Assembly (NCBI RefSeq): GCF_021028975.2
Contig: NC_059425.1
Coordinates: 110,732,001 to 110,796,000, forward strand
Direction of reading: 5' to 3'
Length of the DNA stretch: 64,000 bases
From: Sphaerodactylus townsendi
Lineage: Eukaryota
Both the position numbers and the translations under genes were made by a program. The notes beneath the pieces were generated by a model that was not told the origin of the DNA, did not search any database, and was given only the letters and a program-made list of their open reading frames with translations. The stretch's first letter is position 1. Every line of letters starts with the position of its first letter. This document shows, in pieces, positions 1-14,670 of this stretch.

Positions 1-1269
1 TTAGTGACTGAAACTTAATCTAATATGTCACCTCATTATGGCTGTGCAGACACCATGATCACCTTGTTGAGACTTGGCCATTTTTCTAAAACAGCCAATC
101 CAGCAGAAGTTCAAATCAACTGATTTAAAATAATAACAAAAAACTTTTTATCACTAATTTGATTCTGAGGAAGACTTTAAGATCTAGTTTATTCTGAGTA
201 TTTGTAGCTGTAGAAGTTGAAGCTGGGGGAAGAGCCATTACTTTTTGGTAAACTGCATACTTTGCATGTAACAAGTCCTTTGGTGTTTCTCGCTACAATT
301 TTGATTTTAAAGAATCTCAGGTAGCAGGTTGCAGCTTGGTGATAGAACCAGGGACAAAATTGGGAACAAAATAGAAGTTTAGTTATATGTAGTTTTCCCT
401 ATTTAGTTCTGTACAGAATAGAAACTGTATCTGTTGGTGCAAGACCAGTGTCGAAGGATCTTATCTGGTTGTACTGAAAATCCTCTTTCAATCTGCTTTT
501 TTCCTTTGCAGGAGAAATAAACAGGTCTCTTCACATGCATGTCTTCAGCTAAAAATACAGCCTTTGTAGTTGAGCTTTGTAAACATGGAAATATCCTGTG
601 AAAACTAGAAAACTGTATGGAGGGGAAGGAGTTATTTAACTTTTTCCCTCAGGCCTTTTCTCAGAAAAAAACTACTACTATTAAGATGTTTTACTTATGC
701 TAGCAGGAGAAAAGATTAATAGCTGTAATTTTCCACAATGCAAGTAAAAGTAGTTCGGGCTTGGTGGTTTCCTCTTTTCCCTCATATAAACCCTCCATTT
801 AAATCACAGTTGTAGTAGCTGCTATCTGTTTTTTGTTTGTTTGTTTGTTTGTTGTTTTAGACAGGGAAAAGTAACCATGGAACTACATGTATTGTGTAAT
901 TCTGCCCTCAGTGTCAAAGGTAGTTTATTCCTTAACATCATTCTGTGGAAGTTCCCAGGAAATATCTCAGAAAAAAGAGAGAGTGTCTCATGGCAGCTTT
1001 GGATATTACAGGAAGTGCCACATCTATTATGCTGCCACTTTTGGCCCTTCTGGTATAGCCTTTAACCTGAGAAAAATGAATAAATTATGAAACCTAAATG
1101 TAGAAATAGATTTTCAGATTTGGAAGGAAACTGAATAATTTTGAATATAATATTTCCCAGGTGATGCCATCAGATCAGGTGAAAGCAGTTTCATAATTTG
1201 CTTTATTCAGTCATACATCACAAACCCTCTTATGTATGAAACTCTCCTCTTCCATTGATCTGAGTGTGT

Positions 1270-1472
1270 ACCAGTGTGGTGTAAACCTAGGATCTTGGAA
1301 AGCCAGATTTGAACCCCCGCTCTGTCATGAAAGCTTCTCAGGTGACTTTGTGACAGTTGTATACTCTTAGGCTACTTCACCTCACAGAACTGTTGCAAGG
1401 AAGAAATGGAAGAGGGGAGAGCAACATTGTAAACTGCTTTTGATCTCCACTGAGTAGGAAAAGATTCCAGGC
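1270..1472 (+). mobile_element. Degenerate Squam3/MIR-like CORE SINE
   Basis: Reads ccagtgtggtgta ... gatttgaacccc ... ggtgactttg ... cctcacagaactgttgcaaggaagaaatgg. Confidence 0.65.
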
Positions 1473-2477
1473 TTCAATTTCTGATAGTAAACGATGGCCT
1501 GAGGGTGGGGTTGGTAGTGGTGGTGATGGTGGTGGTGATGGTGGGGATGACAGTATAACAACATATGTGAAGGGGTCTCAACAGCTCCAGGCACAAAAGA
1601 ACAGTTTCTTTCAGTCGAGGGAAACATCTTTAAGCCTTCCTGTGTATTCAGTTGTTGAAAGTGAATTACATTTTGCCAGAAAGAAATCAATGTCTATTTG
1701 TTTGTGTGTGTGTGTTATAGTAACCAAATAATTAGCAACTCTAAAGGGAGTTGTAAGGATATAACCACAATACAAAGAACACTTCCTATATGAATCAGTT
1801 AACAACCCCTAGATCAATCATACGGCAGAATTACTTCTGATATTTTTTCCTCTAGGTGTCCTAAATAATAATAAAATATAAATAATTAAATAAGATATAA
1901 TCTAGTGAAAATCCCAGCTTACACAATTTATCATAAAGGTTCTTTACACTAGATGATAGAAATAAATCTTGCCTCATTAGATACATTATTGGTTCAGGGG
2001 TTCTAATAAAAATATTTTAACCACATCTTAAAAGTATATTTCCATGTGATTGATTGGAAATAGCACAGTCCAATTTCGAATCTAATTATTGAACTGGATA
2101 CACAACTGGTAAATCCCAAGGTTTTGCTGTTTTAGTTCAGAAGAAACCTGTTGCAGCCTCTCAAGATCTTTAGTTATTAAATGTAGCCACAGTGGTGCTC
2201 TACATAGGATATCTGGCAGAATTTTTGAATTATATAGTCTGAGCAGAGCTGGAAAAGACTGTCCAACTTTTGCAAAATAAAATTTCTTCACAGATATGGA
2301 CGGAAGATGAAATCTGTGATGTTTCAGATGCCTTTTCCAGTTCAGTAGTAATTCCAAGGGATCACCAGGTCCCACATAGTGGTTGGGAACCCTAGGCCTG
2401 GTAGCAACCTCTGGACGACTTGCATGACTTAACTGGGTCTGGCTTCTTGCTACTGTCCAACAGTAGCCACTTTGTGA

Positions 2478-2665
2478 AAGCCAGTGTGATGTAGCAGCTA
2501 GAACTCCTGTGAGACCTGAGTTCAAATCCACATCTTACTGTGGAAACTCACTGATTGATTTTGGACCTGTCACATTCTTTCAGCCTAACCTACTTCACAG
2601 GGCTTTTGTGCAGATAAAAAGAGGAGAGGATACTAATGGAAGTTGTCTTGGTCCCCACTGTGAAC
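2478..2665 (+). mobile_element. Degenerate Squam3/MIR-like CORE SINE
   Basis: Reads agccagtgtgatgtagc ... gagttcaaatcc (B box) ... tcagcctaacctacttcacagggcttttgtg. Confidence 0.7.
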
Positions 2666-5600
2666 CAAGGTAGAGGCTGTGGGGGAGGGTGGCAGGATGG
2701 AAAGTTTAAAATAGAGGGGCAGAAAAAGATAGGTTGGCTGTTGCGGAAGGAAAAAGGGTTGCCAACTCCAGGTTGGATATTCCTGAAGAGGAGTGGAGCT
2801 GGGGGAAGGTAGGGTTTGAGCAGGAGAGAGACATCAGTATGGCATAATGCCACGTATTCCACCTTCAAAAACAGCCATTTTCTTCAGGGGAACGGGCTTT
2901 TGGGACCAGCTCAGGGACCATGCTCACTGAGGAATATGGCTGTCAAGTCCATCCTCCATGGCAGACATTTTCTCGGGGCGGGGGCGAGTTCAGCCCCCCT
3001 GAAAGTTGACAACCCCATTAAAGGCACCAATTTTGATCCACCATCCAAGTAGAATTTGAGGGGGTTCTTCTGGGGGGGGGGCATAATCAGTGTCTTTCAA
3101 CACAAGAAAAGAGAAATGTGTGAAACAGGGGTCTTATTGCTGGTCATTTGAATCATGTACAAAACAACAGGCTTTTAACCCCTGCCCCTTTTTTTTTTTG
3201 CTTTGATGGGTAAAAATGTGCCCCAAAGAAGGGAATTTCTCCCTGTATGAGAATATATACAGTGTTATCTTCATGTTGGATGTCAAAAAGTATTTGCGGC
3301 TCGAAGTGTTTTCTTTTCTATGGAAAACGGGTCCAAACGTGGGGAGAAAACAAAGTTAGTGGGACGGGATAGCTGCTCCTGCAAATTTCTCTAGAGTCCC
3401 CATTTGTATCTTCTAATTCTTTAATAAACACACCAGTTTAGTAAGCTGGGTTTTTTGAATATACAGTTTAAATTACTGTAATGTCAATCTCTTTCAAAAA
3501 AATCTCTTCAAGTTTTCACTATATTGCATTAGTTGCTACTTTCCTTAGCATTCTACGATCAAAATATCAAATACAATGACATCTATTAATGAACAGCCTA
3601 CTGGCAAGATTTCATATCTAAACATTAGGTTTATGTAATTTAAGAACTTCAGAGAAAAATCAGATGGCTCGCAATGAACCATTTAGTTTGCACTAGGCAA
3701 TCTACAGTGCAGTAACCAATTTTCAGCGATACCTACATATCAGAAGCCGTTGCTGGTTGTGTTTTGCTGTTTTAGTTAAAAACAAAAACACCTCTACCAG
3801 ACATTTTGAAAGACTTTGCCCGGCATATGCAAGCTATTTGAAAGGCTGAGACCTAACCATATGATATATACTTAATGGGCAGGCAGAGAGACTCACGGAT
3901 GTCTGAATCACTCATTATAGGGCTATAAAAATAGCCATGCCACCAACAGTATTAAATTACACATGTAATCCAAGACACTCTGATTATTGTTAGTATAAAA
4001 ATCAGGAATTTTTATGTCTCTTTCACAACATGGAGGATTTGCTAAGATACTTCCACAATAATGAGAAACAGAATTGCCAGCTGAGTTCTGGGTAACCCCA
4101 AGAAAGGCAATGGGTGGAGTCTGGACAATTGATATCATGCTGACACTATAAGGTCACTTTTGGCATTAACCTGGAAGTAATGTCACAATTTCAGAATGAT
4201 AAACTAGCATTTACCAGAAACTTTCTAGATTTTGGGCGAATCCTAGAACATTGCCCCTATGTTGTGCCATCACTTTTAGGTTCACAATAACTTTGTGGCA
4301 TTGGTGATATACCAACCCCCCACCCCACCCCCACCCCGATTTTGTTCCCACTGCTCCACACAGCTGAGCAGCATAACCCCTGTGTCCAGAGTGGAAGATT
4401 TCCCACTACAGTAGGCCAGACACTACTAGTGCAGCAGGGATGGATTCTGTACTTCATGAGAAATATAACGTCTGAGAAATTAAGGAACTTAGAAAGCTTG
4501 ATGAAATCCTATGCCTGTGACAGAAACCTAATAGCTTACTCATGTCTGATCCATTGGCTGATTTTTTCATAATTTCATCTTTGTTTATTCAATAAACTTT
4601 ATTTTTAATTTGTTTGAACATGACTCAGTTCTCCAGTGTCATTTTTAAGGGGACTGATTTGGGGGGGGAAAGGTATTCTATACCTTGGGGTGGAACAATA
4701 TTAGAATTATAGCCTGAAATGGTCACATGCTACCAGAAATACTGCTCAGTCTCACGGGACCCAAAAGGAAAAGGCAGGAAAATCTTCCTCACAGTGATAA
4801 TAAGGTTTAGAGTGGAAGGGAGGGTGGTGTCGCCACAGTGGGCAAGTGGGGCAGCATACAGCTAGGGACTAGAAGACGATGCAGATAGTATAGCAACCAC
4901 AAATTTGCAACGAAATGCAAATGTCTCTTGGCTGTTATTGTTCTCTGTCTTGTCTCTTTGCAGGCTGCCCTCACACGGGTGCAAAGGTAAGGCTTTCCAG
5001 GATCCCAAGTACAATAACTTGCAATAACATAAGCATCCCAAGTACAGTAACTTGCAGTAACGTAAGCAGCTGTTGTAAGGTTGGTGACAAGTCTATTATT
5101 CTAGATAGGTACCTACACCTTCTCAAACTGCTTAAGTCAGGTAACAAATGGAAGCCAGAATAGAAACCAGAATAGAAAACTGGCCAGCCCCGTTCATCTG
5201 CTTTCAAAATTCTATTCACTTGCTTTTCAATCAAAGTGTTTCAGCTATGCCTCTGTGTTAACTGGAAATTGAACGTAGGATCTTCTGTATGCCAAGCAGA
5301 TGCTGTACCACTGAGCCACAGCCTCCTCCTTTGGTAATTTCAACCCCATTGGAAGACAGCTAAGGTAGGTAACAAGTAGGAAATGGTGAAGGTCCCCTAA
5401 TTGCCAAAGCTCATTAACTGTGCCTTTGCAGCAGCGCCAATAGGCCATGGAGTGAGCTGTTCCTCTGTATCACAGTATACCCGTGAGTAGGATAGCTGTG
5501 CCAGATGTATGGCTGTCTGACCAGCAAAAGATGTTCCAGGAACTGGGCTGGAACTGGGGAGATGAAAACACTATGACAGAGTATCAGGATAACTCTGTGA

Positions 5601-8217
5601 CAACACCAGTATAATGCTTAATTGGCTCCCTAAACACTTTCAGCTAATGATCAATGATTAATTACCAAGAAATCCTTTGATTTATCAACAGCCCCTATCC
5701 ACACTGAATGGATCAAGTTCCATGATAATGAAGACTAACAGCAAGTCTGCCCATCCAGTAGGCTGTCATAGGTAATTTCTTAGGGCCCCATAGATAGAGA
5801 AGCACCATAGATAGAGGAACCCCAGTTTTATACTGTTGACTCTACTTCCCAAGCTCCACCTCCAGTCAGGTGGAGCCACATGGGGTGGAGCCAACAGTCA
5901 CAGGGGGTGGAACCAGTCAGCCCCAGCTGCTCAGTTTGATCCTGACCCCAGCAAGACTTGGGTCAAGTTAAAAGTTGGATCTGGGTGAGCTAAGACCAGT
6001 GGGCAGGGGTGTGTGTGACACATCGGGTGCGTACCCCTGTGGGGGCATGGCAAGGGTGTTCTGGGTGCGTTCTGGGGCAGGGGCAGATGGGGGCATGGCA
6101 GGAGCGCAGTTTCCCCTTGCTCCGCCCCTAGCTAAGACCAGCATCAAATAGGCCTGCACTGCTCCCAAACTCCACATGGTGTTCAGGGCCTGGGCAAGCC
6201 CCACTGGCTAGCATTCAACTGTGCCCCTGCCTGAACTCTGTGGGGAGTTGGGGGGGGTATAATTGTGGGGTAAGGTCCTGCAATGCTCTCCCAATGTGAC
6301 TGTGTGAAGTGGTGCACAGGGCTCTAGCCCCCCCCCCCCCCGGTGCTCTTTCACTTCACCCATGTTTCTGTTATTCTGTTTTGCTGGTGAAATGTCTAGG
6401 ATAAGGTGTCAAAATCGCTCTTGTAATTGTGCTTTTTCTCCAGATTCTGTAACCAGCTCTAAAGCCATTTTGCTTCTGCATTTTTATTCCACCCTTCCTC
6501 CAAACAACTTGTGGCTAGTCACTGCCCCTCCACCTCTTGTCAGCTTTTATCTTCTTAAAAGGTTAAGTAGCAGGAAAGGGACTGAGGCAGCATCACCCAG
6601 TGACCTTCATGACTGAGTGGGAAATTAAACTCCTGTCTTCCCAATTCCACTCATCTCTCTAACTAGCATAATAGTGGCAATTACCTACTTGGCAGCAGGC
6701 CTTCTGTGCACTCCAAACAAGAAAAAGCAACAGAAAAGTAAGCGCATTGGGAAAAATAATGAATTCAACTTAACAATCATTAAGTAGAATGAAATATTTT
6801 TCTTGTCGCATCAATTGATGTTTTGCTTATTCCTCTTCTGGTTATGGATGTAGTGCTCTTTTTTGCACTTTTATGCTCTTTGCCACCATAAAAGTACAAA
6901 CAAGTACCAAGTCTCTACAGAGTCTTCTATATATATTGTTTTGTGCTTTGAATAGCAAAGTCTCTGATGCCAACTGACTGACATGGAATGACATAATGGA
7001 ACAATTATAAATGTTCAAACTGTTCAGAAAACATTGTTCCTTTCTGTAACAAAGGAAAGTTGTCAGTTTGAGTGGGAATAAACCTTACCTAGTTCAAGAT
7101 ACTGGCAGGTAAGTCCACGACAAGATGGGGGAACTGTTTGTGGACAGTGCCCTACCAGTCACCTCTATTGGTGTCATAGATAGACTAAGATGGATGTCAG
7201 ATCTTAATTCTTTGATACCAAAACAGGATCTTTGCCTAAACATGCTTTCCCCTCCCAATCAACATGCATAGCAGCTAGCAATGCCTTTCCTGCAGCTTTG
7301 ACCATTGCCATTTGGATAACAATAGCCCAGCCCCGGGAAGGGTACATCTGTTTTCTAGTCACAAAGGATATGCAAATGCAAGTCAGCTTTAACTCCATCA
7401 ACTTTCCTGAATCCTTTCTGATTCAGTCATGACCTTCAAGAGGATTATCACACCTTGCTCTGAATTGGAATACCCTGAGTTGTAAATTCACCACCTCTGT
7501 CTAAAATCTAATCAAAAAGTGGAATAACCCAGGACTTGTCTGAGTCCTCATCCATTGTATTCTTCCTCCTGAGAACAGGAACTCTACTTTTTTTCAAGAA
7601 GATTTCCAATATTAAAATCGCCAGAGAGTCAAATTTTCCTATGTCTAACATGCCCAAACAAGGCCTCTTCCCCGGTCTTCTCTGAACTACCTTTGGTTCA
7701 GTTACACTGAGCCTAGCATTGCCCCTTTGCATCCAACACAGGCTTTGGATTCTGCTTCCTTGGATCTTCCTCTTCTAAATCAGGTAATTATTACCCTTCC
7801 TGCAACAACCGCTCCTATTCCAAATCTATCTTTAACTTCCATCTAAATCTTGGGCCCCTTGAATCTCTCTCTGTGTGTATTTTTGCAAGACTGCATGTGT
7901 AACTTTTATTATTTTGCTTTTCAATGCAATTGTTAAATTTATCCAAATTCTGGTTTCCTGCAGAATTCTAAGAGGGGAAATCCTGTTATAAATCAATAGA
8001 GATCCTGTGGCCCATCCTCTCACAGTGCAAGGTCTGTCTCCTGCTAATCCCCCAACTTAAAATGAGACAGACCCATCTAATTCAGGTAACAAAGTGAAAC
8101 CAGAATGCTTGCAAGGGACACTGAGTAAAAGTAAAAGATGCTAGGAGCCAGTACGGTATAGCAATGAAAACTGTATATGTGTAACAACAGTGAAAACTGT
8201 GTGCATATATATACATA

Positions 8218-9177
8218 CTAGCGGGGCCTGGCCACACATTGCTGTGGCTTATTGTGGTGAAATGGGAAAAAAACAGTAGCAGCAAATCAATTGCAGAGGC
8301 CAGCAGTACGTGCTCATGGAAACGCGCAGGCTGATACTGTGCAATGTCATTGATGTGTGTGACAGCATCCTTCCTCACTTCTCTTCCCTTGCATGGCACC
8401 CCTCCCCCTACCTCCCTTCCCTTTCCCTTTGCTAGAGTGGGTGGGTCATATACAGATGCTGGGGCCCCTCCCGCCCCACCCTTGCATGCCACCCCCACTC
8501 TCTCCCCTCCCTAACTTCTCTTCCCTTGCATGCCTCCCCCTCCATCCCTTCCCTCTCCCACCCTCTCTTCCCTTGCATGCCACCCCTCCCCCCTCCCTTC
8601 CGTTTCCCTCTGCTAGGATGGGTGGGTCATATCCAGATGCTGGGCCCGCTCCCTCCCCTCCCTTGCATGCCACCCCTCACTCTCTGTCCCCTCCCTCACT
8701 TCTCTTCCATTGCATGCCTCCCCTCCGTCCCTTCCCTCTCTCCCTTCGCTGAATGTGTATGAGAGTAAGTGTGTTGTGTGGTAGCAGTGGGTGAGGCACA
8801 GAGAGTGAAAGGTACCTGCGTGTGAGGGGGGGGGATCCCACCTGACGTCTCAATGGCAACATGTGTATGTGTTTCACGTCCACTCGAGTTATTGCCTATG
8901 TACTGTTTTCACTGCTCATATCTGGCCATCTGAGCGCACATTCTAAGGGCATGAACATTCTAAGGGTGACAGTTACACACAGGCAGCTTCATGGCCTGGT
9001 GTGCCAGGAAAAATATGTTTTACCTGGCTCAGGTGTGTTGTCTGACAGCGGGAGGTACGTAAGAACACAGTTGGGGGAATGAGTAAGTGTCTGTGAAATT
9101 TTCAGAGCGTTTGGGCCAGCAGGTGTGGGGTTATTCTCGAAGTAACATACGCATGGTTCCGTTTTTATATATATAGG
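8218..9177 (-). mobile_element. Non-autonomous Helitron
   Basis: On the minus strand it starts a|CCTATATATATAAAAACGG (TC terminus mutated) and ends with the hairpin GCCACAgcaatgTGTGGC then caggccccgCTAG|t. It is inserted between A and T with no TSD. The first ~100 bp are homologous to the element at 60137. It has internal ~185-bp C-rich tandem units at about 8370-8750. Confidence 0.8.
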
Positions 9178-12100
9178 TGTGTGTGTGTGTATACAATTCT
9201 GAACAGTGTTACATAGATTGAGTAGAAAAAGCTTTGAATTCAGTTTAATTTCTGGAATACAATATGCAAATCAAAAAGCATGTATTTTAAATGAAGTTTT
9301 TTTTCAAAAAGCTTAATTTGGGACCAGGCAGCTTGTTCAAAAATATCAAATGGACTTTGCCATCCTGGTTCAGCTAAGCTGTGATTGCATACATCAAAGA
9401 AATGCCAAAAGGTCTGAATCCATTTATTTCTAACATCAATCTCACAATGCAAGTAAAACAGCTTCAAATATAAGTCCTGTGTGTGAGTCATTATGTTGAT
9501 GTGATCAAGTCAGACATAATTACCATTCTTTGGCACACTGAGCATGTCATGAATCAAAGGAGAAAATTCAAAAGGGGAGACTCATTATGAGGATGCTCTA
9601 CAAAAATGTTGAAGGAGATATTTGGGTTACTCCTTAATCTCATAGCCAAATTTTATGTACAGCAAATTGTCAGAGAATTTCAGGATCCTTTTGTCAATAA
9701 TGAAGAACAATACGTAAATCATGATGGGACTTGAATCATCCTTGAAGAAGCACATATAGTTCAGGTAAATGCTGAAAAAGTTGTTTCCCCTGTTGTACTC
9801 TATTAAAACATGGGCAGTCCCATCCAAGTGGTAAATCAAGAACAGTGGGCCAGTTGATCGACAGGGTGTTCTGGGTTGGACTGAGCAAGCAATTTCAGTA
9901 TCAGCGATCCAGTCCAAGGGTCAGAATACACAGAGTCAATGTTAGAGGAAGCATTGCAGCAGTGATGTGCTTTGTTGCATCCAAGCCAATACGCTGTGTA
10001 AACCTGCTTAATATCGGATCTTCCAGCACATTAGTCTGTTGACATGTGGGCTCAGGTGAGCTAAGTGCATAAGTCTCTTCAGCTGGAACAGGGCTGGCTG
10101 CACAGTCTGCTTCTGGAGACACTTCTGGTTCTGAGTCCTGACCTGCCTGTTGTTCACCCTGTAGAGTCTACAGGGGCCCAGGCTGCTCCAAGCACAACCC
10201 TTGTTGGTTGCTAAGCTAGTCTGGGCTTACTGGGCTCTGCTCATCCCATGGGGATTCATCACTCTCCAGCCTGGTGCCCATGCCAAAGGAGTTCTGGCCA
10301 GGCCAGACAGATGACCCACAACCTAATGGGAAGCTGGAAGAGGGAGAGCCAGCCCCTTCCCCAAATGAGGTAAATGTGCTTGGAGGGCACTTGGGTTCTT
10401 TTCTATTCATGGGAGTTATACTCTATCAGAGACATAAAAAACTACTGTTTAACGTATCTTTTGAATCCTGCCTGTGAAAACAGGAGGCTCCACTCTTTTA
10501 ATGAGCCTCTCTTCTTCAGCCATAGGTTGTAAGAAGATTAGGAAATAAGTGCAAATGGCACTTAACAGGAAAGGACTTAAACAGAAGAGGTAACTATGAA
10601 GAACAGCCTGGTGGGATACAAATATGGCAGCTTATGTATAGAGTTTGCCTTAAAATCTTGATCTACAAAGGCCACTCATGCTACAGAGCGGTCAGAAATC
10701 AAGGAAGACAGAACTATAGAAGGTGGAAGTTTAGCAGAGGTGGTTTGTCTTTAACTGAAAAAATGTTCCAGTTGTTGAAACTGCATCTTCTAAACATTTA
10801 TTAAAAATACAAGAACTCTGACTTGCTTTGCATCTAGTCATCCTTCATGGCACATACAACTTTTCTCCAAGCTCCTTGATTCATATGTGTGTATATAGAA
10901 TCAAAACACATTATAATATCATGAAATAACAATTTTCTAAATAGGCTAATGGATAAACACACACACACACACAAACCCCAACACTAGTTTTCCTGTTTGG
11001 TAGAGGAGATTGACCCTACCATTCTGTCAAAACCTTTTTATTTGTAATTAGGGGGTGGAAAATAACTGTCAACAGTTCCCCCCCCCCTATTAAAACAGAA
11101 GAGGGGTAGCAAGTAATTAGGGTTGGCATAGGTTTAATTACAGCTATAATTGCACAAAACCTTTTCAGCCTATAGCAAGGAACAATCCTTGCAGCTTAAT
11201 GGAAGTTACACTTCTTATCAATCAGTATTCGGGTGAAACATCCATTCATTTATGTAAAGGTCAATAGCACCATATCACTTCGCTCTCAGGCTACCTCTGG
11301 GTAACAGCTGGATGTGAAAATTCATCCAGCAATACAAATTCTTCTGCCTTTAAAAAAAGGCTCTGCCTCACTATGAGACATGTCTTTGAACATTACTGTT
11401 CTTTAACATTAAACTAATGCCCTAGGCAAAGAGTACTTCTCCTACAGGATAGCAAAGATTCTGCTTATTATGTTTCCCACAGATCTTAGTTTTACTTTTA
11501 TGTCCTGCCCTGCAAGATTGGAAAACTGCTTGTTTATTTCTGTTCTTCATGAAAAGACATTGTTCCCTACAATTACTCTTCTGAATATTTCCTTTTCACT
11601 AACACCTCTTTAGCTCATATAGCACCATGAAGTTTTAACTGCTTTTAGAAATAAGACAGCAAACTTGAGATGTTTGTCAGAACATCGTAGGACTTTTGAG
11701 GAAAATCAAAAGAATCTTAGTGGGATGGTTGAAGTTTCTCAGGAAGTTTTAGCATGTCCGTAGCCAAACTTCACCAAAAGTGAAATTAGGGTCAAATGTA
11801 GCGTATCTTTTCAGGTAAAACAATATCGGAAGGTGCTTGAATGAATTTCCATATAATCATTTACATATGCCAAGGAACTTTCACATGAAAATCCTACATA
11901 TTTCTCCTGGATCCCAGCTGCAAAGCTTGAATTTGAGAAAAACCTGATAAATTCCCATTGTTTCTTTTTTCATGCAGTCCTTTCCCCACACAGACACATC
12001 AATGTAGGAAGTTGTAAAGTAGACACAATTTTAGTATCCACTTGCCTCCATTTTTCAATGCAATCAGAGTAGCCTCATGTCAAACTGTAGCAGATGTTTT

Positions 12101-14670
12101 TAGACTTGCAGATAGGCATTTCATGCTGTCCTTCTGTAAAGAGACTTTTTGTCCTCTTGAAGAGGAAATGATTATTAATACAATTGTGACTTGTTTTATG
12201 AAAATGGTCAGTGTCTTACAACTATAGCTACATATCAACACATTAAATGTTCATGCTACCACAATGCAGTAATGGGAAAATCTTTACATGCTGGTGTCTG
12301 CCTGTTTGCAAATACTCCACATGGCAGAGTACAGTTCAGTGGTGGGAGGCTTGGGGTGTGTGTGTGTGGCTCTGAGATGCCTGGCTCTTCCCCCTACCAA
12401 ACAGTATCCAGGGAAGCAATACTTGGTGAAAAGGCTCATGATGAACAGAAAACAGAATAGTCCATATTTCCTGAGCAACACTTCCTGCCAGACATGAAAG
12501 AAAGGGTGTCATTTTTTTCTCCCCTTCAGATGGAACTGGAATGTAAAGATGACACCAAATCTAATATTCCTTAGCAGGATACAGTCAGCAACAATGTGAC
12601 TTGCAAGAAGCTTGTCTCCTGTTTCTTAATGCTGCCATGTTTAACTCTCTTCCCCATTGTGAATTTTTTGTAATTTTGATGTTTGTTTATTTGCAACATT
12701 CAGAGACTTAGTCCCCTCCCCACAAGAACCCATTATAAACAGTTGGGGGAAAAACCCCAAGGGATTTGATTATTTAACAGAGACTCAACAATAAAATTAA
12801 TTTTAGAGTTAGCTCAGTGCTTCATGGTGGGGTTCAGTGATTCCTAACTCATTCCATTGTCATTTGTTTGTTAAATATTAAATAAATAAATAAAAAATAT
12901 TCAAATTATGTGTACAATGCTGCAACGATAAGGTCCTTAGTATAGGGCACAAGAAGAAACTAGTAAAATGAACAATTAAAAACGAGGCAGGCATAATTAC
13001 CCGACTTCGTGATGCGTTTCTTATCAACCATTTGTTATATGTAGAGTTCACCATGTGCATCAGTACCATCACACTGCAAGTTCCTCCACACTGACATTGT
13101 TTGACATTGATGTGGAATATGGACAGAGAAACTCACAATTTCACAGTCCTGACTCAGATGGTACTCAAGTGATATGGAAAGAGAGACTCGCAGTGAGATG
13201 CCATCCTTATTGACCTGGTATAAGTCCTTGTGTAATAGGACAGAAATGGCATATCTAAATAATATTTTTTGGTGGTACACTGTATGTTCTACTAAAAATG
13301 ACAAATATCAGTCCATTTCCCATTTGATCAATGTTTTCAATTGTATTTTTATTGCCACATCATATGTCAGCCAGCCCCAAGTCATAACCTGAGTGTTGTA
13401 TATCTACAGATTTTCAAGCATCCAAAGTGCTTTGATCATATAAACAAGCTTCTCATTTCCTTATTAATAAAGAGCTTGGGAAGAAATGAAACTCCTTCGT
13501 GAAAATTATGCCCTGAGGAAAGGAGCTGATTTTTTAAAATTTCTGTGATGGTAGAAAATGGCTATTCAGCAGCAGATGGCTTGATCATACAACAGAAAAA
13601 GACAGCACATAAATCTGGATCCTGAGAGGAAGGTCAGTATTTTTGTTTTTAATTAAATGAAAAATATTATTCAGTGATTTGAACTGTGCAGCCAATTTTC
13701 TGGTCTGTGACCTGAATCATTAAGTCTGGAAATGTTGAGGGTGAATAAATTTGTATCTCATTAACAGCTCAGTCATCCCCCTGTGTGCTGTTAGTACAGG
13801 ATGGAAAGGAAAGAAAGAAATTGTCTCGGATGCAGAAGTTTGTTCAAGAGTTCAGTTGCAGGCCAAGGGGCAGGAAGAGGAGGCATAGAAGAGCTCAGTG
13901 ACTAACAGTGAAATCCTGTTCCTGGAGGTGGGCAGGGATGGTGCTGCTGGTGCACAGCCTCCAGAGGACTTTCCAGTGGTGTGGGGAGAGTGGAAAAAAC
14001 CCCAAAAGCTTTCCTGTCACTGGAAAGACCTCCATAGGGTCTAATGGACTTGTGGCATACGTCCAGGACTTGCACTGTGATGCATCTGACTGCAAACCTG
14101 TGGAGTAACTGGCTGCACCCCCCAGGAATGCCCATGCCCGCCAACCCCCCCACTGGTGTCCAAGTGAATGCCAGCATTGCTCCACCATGGCTGGGACCTT
14201 TCACCGTGGCAGAGCTGAAAGGTGGCTAGCCACTGGCACCTTTCCTCTGGTGGAGATTTCCCTTGCACCAGCGGTGGAGGCAAATGCATCAGTGCATGTC
14301 TTCCAGTTCCTCTGTCTGATCACCCCTTGCATTTGGACTGGGCTACCCATGCCTTCCATTCTTTTGTTTGTAGTAAAGTCACTTCTGCTGCACAGCACTG
14401 GGTTCATTTGTCAATCTAGTATATATGCATGCAAACACCCCCCCATAGGAAATACATCATAGCATGATATCCCTAGTAAACATATTAAGAGACTGACAGT
14501 GCAAACCTAACTGAGTTAATATTCTTCTAAATCCTATAAGCTCAATGGGCTTCAAATAATTAGAATTACTTAGAATTGTATTTCCTGGCCACTGACAAAG
14601 GGTTGGGAGAGGCACAGCATCATAGGATAATTTGTTTTAATGCAGCCTCGTGTGCTTGTTTTAATTGCAG

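Noticed and set aside
1382-1690. ORF with a poly-His tract
   Set aside because: It is the translation of a (GGT/GAT)n microsatellite next to a SINE, with no domain context.
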